Assembly: GCA_012518905.1 (NCBI GenBank)
Contig: JAAYRF010000008.1
Span: forward strand, 1-60,114
Direction: 5' to 3'
Source: Bacillota bacterium
Lineage (GTDB): Bacteria > Bacillota > Limnochordia > DTU087
DNA: 60,114 bases
Shown: positions 54,105 to 60,114 of the stretch, piece by piece
How positions within the stretch are numbered: the first letter of the stretch is position 1
Layout of the letters: each line of letters starts with the position of its first letter
Made by a program: the position numbers and the translations under genes
Notes under the pieces: model-generated
Told to the model about the DNA's origin: nothing
The model's database searches: none
Seen by the model: only the letters and a program-made list of their open reading frames with translations

Positions 54105-56027
54105 TCATCTCATAAGAGAAAGTGGCAACCGCACGTAAGAGCCGAGATCAATATAGGTGTAGGCCAAGATCAGAAAAATCAGGGTCCCTATTAGCACTCC
54201 GGCACTAAGACTGATATCCGCCAAAGATCGTCCTCCAGCTGTGAGAGTGCCCGAGGTATCGAGTCTATGAATGGCTAATAGCAATCCATTACCCCGTGCC
54301 CTTAAGTCACTGAGTAAAGAAGTGGACAAGGTAAGGTATAGCTTTTCTATAGATGCCAGCGCAGTTTGGAGCTGGCAAAAGGCCATCTTCCCCAGCCCCT
54401 CAAGGGTCAGCCAAACAGGGGGAGATAGATGAAAGAGGCCCGTCTTCAGCCCTACCCAACAGAAAGTAATCCCAAGGGCCAAAGTAATCACCATACCCAT
54501 GATGTCCCCTATGTTCCAAAAAGAAAGACCCATAGCTGTCGCAGCGGCGCCTTCCATGCCTAAAGCTTGGGCCGCGGGTATGGCACAAGCGTCAACGAAC
54601 AGGTTTGGCCTAACACCGATGGTCACCATGACTAAGGCCAAAAAGCCCATGGCCACTTGAAATTGCCAACGTTCACCTTGGGTAATCTTCTCTTGCTTTG
54701 GTTTTCCCAAGAACATCAGATAGAAAAGCTTCGTAAAAGAAGCAGTCGTACCAACTCCCACCAAGTTAAACAGCCTTTCTACCCAAATCATCAAGGGCAA
54801 GCCTGAGTTAGCTGCTTCACTCACTCCGTGATGCAGCATTGTCTTGCTGGCATAGCCATTAAGGCCCGGAGTTCCCGTTATTCCCAAAACAGCCAAAAAC
54901 ATCAATATCGCAGTTACGGGGTAGGAACGCCATAGACCCCCGAGTTCATACAGATTCGTCTTTTTCGTACCAACATAGACAACACCAACACCTAGGAAGA
55001 GAGCTGCCTTAAAGAGGGCATGGTTCACGATATGATAAATAGACCCCATCAATCCCATGCCACCTGCCGGTCCCAAAAAGAGCCCAACACCCAGGCCGAG
55101 GATTATATAGCCCATTTGACTGACGCTATGATAGGCTAGAAGACGCTTTGCATCACTTTGGAGCAAGGCGGCAGTAACCCCCACCAGCATTGTACAGGTG
55201 CCCAAAATGGTCAAACCAGGCCCTAACCACCTAGTAAGACTCGCCAATTCCATACCCCAACCGGCTAACTCTCCGGTACGAATTAGCCCATATGCTCCCA
55301 CTTTAATCAGTAGTCCCGACAAAAGGGCACTGGCAGGGGTGGGTGCCACTGAGTGGGCATGGGGCAACCAAAGATGCAAAGGCACCATACCTGCTTTGAT
55401 GCCAAATCCCGCCAAAAATAAAGCCAAACCCCATGGGAAAAACTTAGGATCCAGAAAGGTCGCGGGACCGGTGCCAATGGTGGGCACCCCGCCGATGGCT
55501 GCTCTAATGAAAACGAGCCCCAGGGCGATAAAAAGTCCCCCAACAATGCTGAAAAACAAGTAGAAGTACGCAGCCCGTATGGCCTCCTCATTCCACCGAT
55601 GGATAACCCAGAAGAACGAGGCAACAGTCATCAGCTCGAAGAAAAGGAGTAAAGTAAATAGATCTCCCGCTACAAACACTCCCAAGACTGCTGATTGCGT
55701 TAGGAGCGTGCAGATATAGAAGCTGCGGATCCTGCCTTCATGCTTCATGTACTCCGGTGCATAGATAGATACTGCCCACCATAAGAACGCAGCCAATACC
55801 ACAAAAACAGCCGTAACGGCATCCGCTTGAAAAGTCGGGTTGAAGGGACCGGACAAAGGTATCTCGTAGGTAATCGGCATGCCTGCAAAGGCTCCTCTTA
55901 GGCCCCAACTCCCCAAGATCAGAACGATAGAGCTCGCAACAAAGGGCATATTTATAACCTTCTCCCCCATGCCGATTAAGACCAAGGCCCCCAAAAAGGG
56001 AATAAGGGGAAGGATCACTAGCAGCAT
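54105..56027 (-). CDS. NuoL/MrpA-like proton-conducting antiporter subunit with a C-terminal extension
   Basis: 640 aa. The core is a proton_antipo_M-type domain (WLPHAHSVAPTPASALLSGLLIKVGAYG). An extra C-terminal part of about 160 aa carries further TM segments, as in NuoL. Confidence 0.85.
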   Translation of the reverse strand: MLLVILPLIPFLGALVLIGMGEKVINMPFVASSIVLILGSWGLRGAFAGMPITYEIPLSGPFNPTFQADAVTAVFVVLAAFLWWAVSIYAPEYMKHEGRIRSFYICTLLTQSAVLGVFVAGDLFTLLLFFELMTVASFFWVIHRWNEEAIRAAYFYLFFSIVGGLFIALGLVFIRAAIGGVPTIGTGPATFLDPKFFPWGLALFLAGFGIKAGMVPLHLWLPHAHSVAPTPASALLSGLLIKVGAYGLIRTGELAGWGMELASLTRWLGPGLTILGTCTMLVGVTAALLQSDAKRLLAYHSVSQMGYIILGLGVGLFLGPAGGMGLMGSIYHIVNHALFKAALFLGVGVVYVGTKKTNLYELGGLWRSYPVTAILMFLAVLGITGTPGLNGYASKTMLHHGVSEAANSGLPLMIWVERLFNLVGVGTTASFTKLFYLMFLGKPKQEKITQGERWQFQVAMGFLALVMVTIGVRPNLFVDACAIPAAQALGMEGAAATAMGLSFWNIGDIMGMVITLALGITFCWVGLKTGLFHLSPPVWLTLEGLGKMAFCQLQTALASIEKLYLTLSTSLLSDLRARGNGLLLAIHRLDTSGTLTAGGRSLADISLSAGVLIGTLIFLILAYTYIDLGSYVRLPLSLMR

Positions 56028-56041
56028 ATGACTTAACCTCC

Positions 56042-57493
56042 TTACCGTATGAAAAACGAGTTTACAACTGCCTCAACTCCAGGCCAGACTAATCCCGGCC
56101 ACAGTCCTAAAAGGACTGCAATCCCAGCCAAAAGCACTGTCGGTGCCACCATAAGGGTGACATTACCTCCCTTTTCCCGAGAAAGCTGATCTCTATCTCC
56201 TGTAAAGGCAGCTACCACCGTGGGCAAAAAGCAGAGGGCATTAATAAAGCCACTGATGATGAGCACCAAGGCAAAGGGCCATTTCCCTCCGGCTACACTG
56301 CCTCTCATCAAGTAGTATTTGCTCCAGAACGTATTCAAAGGTAGCATCCCAATCATACCGAGGCTTGCGACTCCAAAAGAGGCCATAGTCCAAGGCAGCT
56401 GCCACCCCACCCCGCCCATATCACTCACCCTGATCTTGGTAGTCTGTTTGGCCACGATGCCGGCACCGAAGAAAAGGGTGATCTTGAGGGTGGAATAGCT
56501 AATCATATGAAATATGGCTCCCGCCAATCCCCAAGGATGCAATGTGAAGGCACCTAACAGAATATATGAGAGCTGGCTGATGGTGTGATATGCTAAGCGG
56601 CGCTTCAAAACATCCTGCTGTGTGGCGATGATGACTCCCGCCAAGATGGTAAAGCCCGCCACCCACGGCAGGGCCCGACTGAAGTTCATCTGGGCCATCA
56701 ATTCATGGCCAAAAACCGAGTATACAACCCGCAAGATGCCATATACACCGGAATATACCACTGCTACAGCATGGAGCAGAGCACTAATGGGAGTGGGTGC
56801 AATCATGGCCTCGGGCAACCAACGATGCAAGGGCATGATGGCTGCCTTCACACCGAATCCCGCCACATACAAACCCAAGAGCCAACCCAAACCCGGCCTA
56901 AGACCTCCTCGGGCCAGCAAAGGCCCGCCTGCAAAATCCAGACTGCCTGCCCAACCATGGGTAACTACTATGGCTATCAATATTGCTCCTGCACCGCAAA
57001 GGCTGTAGGCAATGTATTTGACACCAGCCCTTATGGCCTCATCATTGCGTTCATGAATGACCAATGGATAGGTAGCAAAAGTAAGCAATTCATAGAATAA
57101 GTAGAGGGACAATAGGCTTCCCGAAAAAGCTACCCCCAATGCCACGCTGAATGCTATCAACAGGAAGGCGTAGTAAGTCCGCTGTCGCGGCTCATCGGCC
57201 ATATAGCCAAAGGAGTAAACCGTTGCGAAAAGCCACAAAGTGGCAACAATTAGACCAAAGACTGTCCCCAAGGGATCCGGCTGTAGACTCCATGCCAATC
57301 CTGCGATCTCCCCGGACAGCCTAATGGTCCCGCCAGAAAATACGGTCCCGGCTACTCGCCAGCTAAAAACCGCACCGGCCACGGAAAACAAGAGCACCAA
57401 TGTATTGCGCAGGCGATTACTAGCTTGGGGCAAGAGGGCAATCACTATCCCGCCAACCAAACCACTAAGCAAAGCCAGAATAATATCAGTCAT
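56042..57493 (-). CDS. Mrp subunit D / NuoM/N-like antiporter subunit
   Basis: 483 aa with WLPEAMIAPTPISALLHAVAVVYSGVYG. It is a paralogue of both neighbours. Confidence 0.85.
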   Translation of the reverse strand: MTDIILALLSGLVGGIVIALLPQASNRLRNTLVLLFSVAGAVFSWRVAGTVFSGGTIRLSGEIAGLAWSLQPDPLGTVFGLIVATLWLFATVYSFGYMADEPRQRTYYAFLLIAFSVALGVAFSGSLLSLYLFYELLTFATYPLVIHERNDEAIRAGVKYIAYSLCGAGAILIAIVVTHGWAGSLDFAGGPLLARGGLRPGLGWLLGLYVAGFGVKAAIMPLHRWLPEAMIAPTPISALLHAVAVVYSGVYGILRVVYSVFGHELMAQMNFSRALPWVAGFTILAGVIIATQQDVLKRRLAYHTISQLSYILLGAFTLHPWGLAGAIFHMISYSTLKITLFFGAGIVAKQTTKIRVSDMGGVGWQLPWTMASFGVASLGMIGMLPLNTFWSKYYLMRGSVAGGKWPFALVLIISGFINALCFLPTVVAAFTGDRDQLSREKGGNVTLMVAPTVLLAGIAVLLGLWPGLVWPGVEAVVNSFFIR

Positions 57494-57514
57494 TAGTTAG
57501 TCCCCCTCCCCATC

Positions 57515-59011
57515 CTAATTAAAAACTAGAAAATCAGTCGCTGCTGCCAATGCTAACTCTAGAAGCGGCCCTGGGATTGTGCCCAGAACAAAAATCCCCA
57601 TGGCCAAAAGGATCAGGGCCAGCCTCTGCCTCACGCCTGGCTCCTGCCAATCATCGGCCGGTGCCGGCTCAAAGTAAGCCACTCTTATCACGGGGAAAAG
57701 ATATCCTGCACACAAGACGCTGCCGGCAACGATCACCGCGGCAGCTAGATAATCCCCGGCTCCCAGGCTCCCTAGAAGCATATACCATTTGCCCACAAAG
57801 CCGGAAAAAAGCGGTATACCCACTAGGCCAAGGCTCGCTATTGTGAAAACTCCCATGGTGATAGGCATCTTCTTGCCGACACCAGCTAACTCACTCACCC
57901 GCTCTTTACCCGTCTGAGTGATCACGGCACCTGCCGCCAGGAATAATGCGGATTTGATAATACCATGACTGGCTATATGGAACAAAGCACCGGTCATGCC
58001 CTTGACATTAAGCAAACCCATGCCCAGGAAAATGTAGCCGATCTGGGCCACCGTGGAGAATGCCAACCGGCGTTTCAACTCATCTTGACCAAGGGCAAGA
58101 ATAGAACCGATCAAGATGGCTACCATGCCCAATAGTACTAGAAGTCGATTGAGAGAGAACACCTGCATCAGTTCAGGGCCTACCACGTGGAATAAGACCT
58201 TCATGAGGCAGATAATATACCCCTTGACTGCCAAACCTGACAAAACTGCGCTGGCCGGGGAAGGGGCGACGGAATGAGCATCAGGCAGCCAAATGTGCAG
58301 AGGGAAAAATGCCGCTTTGACACCGAAACCAACCATAAAGAAACTAATTGCCATCCAAACCACATGGGGGTAGTCTTGCCAAACTGTCGCCAGAGCTCTA
58401 GCGGCAAACCCCATATTGAGGTGGCCTGTGACGATATACAAAAAACCAATGCCTCCCAGGATCATGCCGGACCCAAGGGTAGCTAGTATCAGATAGTTGA
58501 AGGCAGCCTCTGCTCCACTAGGTTCTTGACTGGCACTGACTAGCCCGCAACAGCTTAGGGTGGCAACCTCCACCAACACGAAAACGTTAAAGAGATCATT
58601 AGTTATGGACATCCCGGCTAAGGCCCCGCCCAGCAAGAGGTAGAGCACATAGAACCAGGCTCGTCTACGGGCACCCTCCACTTCCTTGGCGAGGTTGCCG
58701 GAAGCATAAATCGCCACCGGCAAGCTCACTCCGGCAACTACCAAAAGGAAAAAAGCGCCAAGATTACCCACCACAAGCTCAATACCCCAAGGAGCCGACC
58801 AACCGCCGACTTCGTAAATGATTGGTAGGCCCCCCTGAGCCAGAACTAGACGGGCAAGATAGGCTGTTCCCCACAGTCCCACAGCCTGAACAAATATAAC
58901 CAGTCCTTCCACCAGTCGGGTGCGCCGGGCAAAAGTCGGCAAAACAAAGGCTACAAACAAGGGAGCGATCACTGCGAAGACCGGTAAGTTGGCACGAATA
59001 GCCGCTGTCAT
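57515..59011 (-). CDS. Mrp subunit D / NuoM/N-like antiporter subunit
   Basis: 498 aa with WLPDAHSVAPSPASAVLSGLAVKGY. It overlaps the mnhC-like gene by 4 nt. Confidence 0.85.
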   Translation of the reverse strand: MTAAIRANLPVFAVIAPLFVAFVLPTFARRTRLVEGLVIFVQAVGLWGTAYLARLVLAQGGLPIIYEVGGWSAPWGIELVVGNLGAFFLLVVAGVSLPVAIYASGNLAKEVEGARRRAWFYVLYLLLGGALAGMSITNDLFNVFVLVEVATLSCCGLVSASQEPSGAEAAFNYLILATLGSGMILGGIGFLYIVTGHLNMGFAARALATVWQDYPHVVWMAISFFMVGFGVKAAFFPLHIWLPDAHSVAPSPASAVLSGLAVKGYIICLMKVLFHVVGPELMQVFSLNRLLVLLGMVAILIGSILALGQDELKRRLAFSTVAQIGYIFLGMGLLNVKGMTGALFHIASHGIIKSALFLAAGAVITQTGKERVSELAGVGKKMPITMGVFTIASLGLVGIPLFSGFVGKWYMLLGSLGAGDYLAAAVIVAGSVLCAGYLFPVIRVAYFEPAPADDWQEPGVRQRLALILLAMGIFVLGTIPGPLLELALAAATDFLVFN

Positions 59012-59391
59012 CTATCTGCCACCCCGTTTCTCATCTCCGCTATTCGCCTGGCGTTTGTTGTTCCATAGGAATCATATAACCTGACAATCAGTGCCAGAGC
59101 AAAGGCGGTAACACTAACGCTAACTACTATCCCTGTTAGCATCAGCGCTGAGGGGATAGGATTGATATAGGACGCACCAGGATTTGCCTGATCCAATATG
59201 GGTACAGCACCGCCCCGGGTATTACCTGCGGCAATAAACATGAGAAAGATAGCACTTTCCATGATATTGATCCCGATCAGCTTTTTGAAGAGATTAGACC
59301 TGGTCAAAACCGTGGAAGCCCCAATGATAAACAAAACCACCGATGCCATATACGGGTAATTAATTAGTAATTTACTAAGAAGTATTCTCAC
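59008..59391 (-). CDS. Mrp subunit C (NuoK-like)
   Basis: 127 aa with three TM segments, including LIGINIMESAIFLMFIAAG with a conserved membrane Glu. Confidence 0.8.
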   Translation of the reverse strand: MRILLSKLLINYPYMASVVLFIIGASTVLTRSNLFKKLIGINIMESAIFLMFIAAGNTRGGAVPILDQANPGASYINPIPSALMLTGIVVSVSVTAFALALIVRLYDSYGTTNARRIAEMRNGVADR

Positions 59392-59816
59392 GGCTTTTCC
59401 TCCATCATGGTAAAGAACAGAGTTGTGATAGTGCTGGCTACCCTAATGCCGACTCCGAGGCCAATCCAAGAGATCAGGCCTCCTGATGTGAGAGTTCCCG
59501 GTACTCCTACATCGATGCCGGCCAGCTTATTTGCTAGGAAGGGGAACCCTTTGAAGATGCCGATCATGCCCATGATGCCATACCAAAGTGTACCATAGCT
59601 CTCTGTAAGGGTTGTAACCTTCTCCGGCAGCATCTGTCTGCCTCGATCCAAACCAAACACTGTAGCAAAAGCGACAAAGCCCAATCCCAAGATCATCCCT
59701 CCAGCAAAGGAACCCCCAGGGGATACATGGCCATGGAAGATGACATAAAGTCCGTACATCTGGATGAAGGGCAAGAGCACTATGACTATCCGTTTGAGAA
59801 CGAAATCCTTCATCAT
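59388..59816 (-). CDS. Mrp subunit B (MnhB domain)
   Basis: 142 aa. The FHGHVSPGGSFAGGMILG motif is typical of MrpB. Confidence 0.8.
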   Translation of the reverse strand: MMKDFVLKRIVIVLLPFIQMYGLYVIFHGHVSPGGSFAGGMILGLGFVAFATVFGLDRGRQMLPEKVTTLTESYGTLWYGIMGMIGIFKGFPFLANKLAGIDVGVPGTLTSGGLISWIGLGVGIRVASTITTLFFTMMEEKP

Positions 59817-60109
59817 TTGCCACTCCTTCCAAGGTCTGTTTTCAGGGTGATGAGCACTGCCACTACTGCTGTAAACAAGACTATGGTCTCAAACATGGTA
59901 TCATAAGCCCTGTAGTCCAGAATAATGGCGGTAATCATGTTGAGTACACCAGTCTCTTCCAGTGAATCGTTAATATAGCGCTCCGTCACTTCGTTTCGTG
60001 AGGGATTATTAGGCATTCCATAGGGGGGCATTTCGGCTACGGTGACCATGATCATGTAGCCAGCTAGTACCGCAACCAAGAGTGCTAGCAGAACCCGTAA
60101 TCGCTTCAC
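59813..60109 (-). CDS. MnhB-related small membrane subunit
   Basis: 98 aa with a NMITAIILDYRAYDTMFETIVLFTAV motif, as in the MnhB-related/MrpA C-terminal region. The GTG start is 5 nt from the window edge, so the upstream context is unseen. Confidence 0.65.
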   Translation of the reverse strand: MKRLRVLLALLVAVLAGYMIMVTVAEMPPYGMPNNPSRNEVTERYINDSLEETGVLNMITAIILDYRAYDTMFETIVLFTAVVAVLITLKTDLGRSGK

Positions 60110-60114
60110 CTTCA

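Noticed and set aside
1-60114. Search by eye for tRNA/rRNA genes, CRISPR repeat arrays, IS elements, transposases, integrases, prophage genes or known defence systems.
   Set aside because: I found none. No T-loop-like GGTTCGAATCC motif, no regularly spaced 25-40 bp repeats, no terminal inverted repeats flanking a transposase-like ORF, and no nuclease/helicase/methylase gene sets. This was visual inspection only, so a tRNAscan, Infernal and defence-finder run would be needed to be certain.

Overview
This is a 60 kb chromosomal window from a Gram-positive (Bacillota, Clostridia/Bacilli-like) genome. It is densely coding, mostly on the minus strand, with mid-range GC by eye. It is mainly housekeeping and its backbone resembles the Bacillus subtilis hpf-secA-prfB ... 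ctpB-minJ ... uvrBA region.

Contents, left to right:
- uvrC-uvrA-uvrB, packed as one unit.
- A YibQ-type divergent polysaccharide deacetylase, a MinJ-like PDZ membrane protein and an S41 C-terminal processing protease.
- An APH-fold kinase, divergent from a permease-first ABC-2 exporter.
- A roughly 11 kb co-directional string: secA, prfB (with its programmed +1 frameshift), DUF2993, DUF5693, csaB, tagA-like, yitT and a split transketolase.
- hpf and a cold-shock protein.
- An amino-acid ABC importer with no ATPase gene.
- A CxxC zinc-ribbon protein.
- A FlgN-like / Ca-type P-type ATPase / FapA (DUF342) operon.
- A CoA-transferase.
- A small island of a CBM25/53-like domain, a zinc ribbon and an unknown ORF.
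- A sugar-oxidoreductase group (CrtI-like, two Gfo/Idh/MocA, ThuA) with rnhA inside it.
- An orphan trpB coupled to a PaaI thioesterase.
- MarR-MATE, a HisJ-type PHP phosphatase and CadC(ArsR)-CadA.
- The start of an Mrp-like cation/proton module with three tandem antiporter-like subunits, cut by the right edge.

By eye I found no rRNA, tRNA, CRISPR array, transposase, integrase or recognisable defence system.

The clearest non-obvious signal is an array of eleven (G/U)AG triplets, eight of them at exact 5-nt spacing. It runs into the Shine-Dalgarno of the orphan trpB and has the architecture of a TRAP (MtrB) binding site. Other candidates for follow-up:
- the FlgN-like/ATPase/FapA operon;
- the triple-antiporter Mrp-like module;
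- the DUF5693/DUF2993 genes fused to the csaB-tagA cell-wall-polymer genes;
- a 21-codon hydrophobic ORF plus a strong hairpin ahead of the ABC-2 exporter;
- a roughly 200-nt GC-rich leader ahead of the zinc-ribbon gene.

All family calls come from motifs read in the translations. No database search was run.
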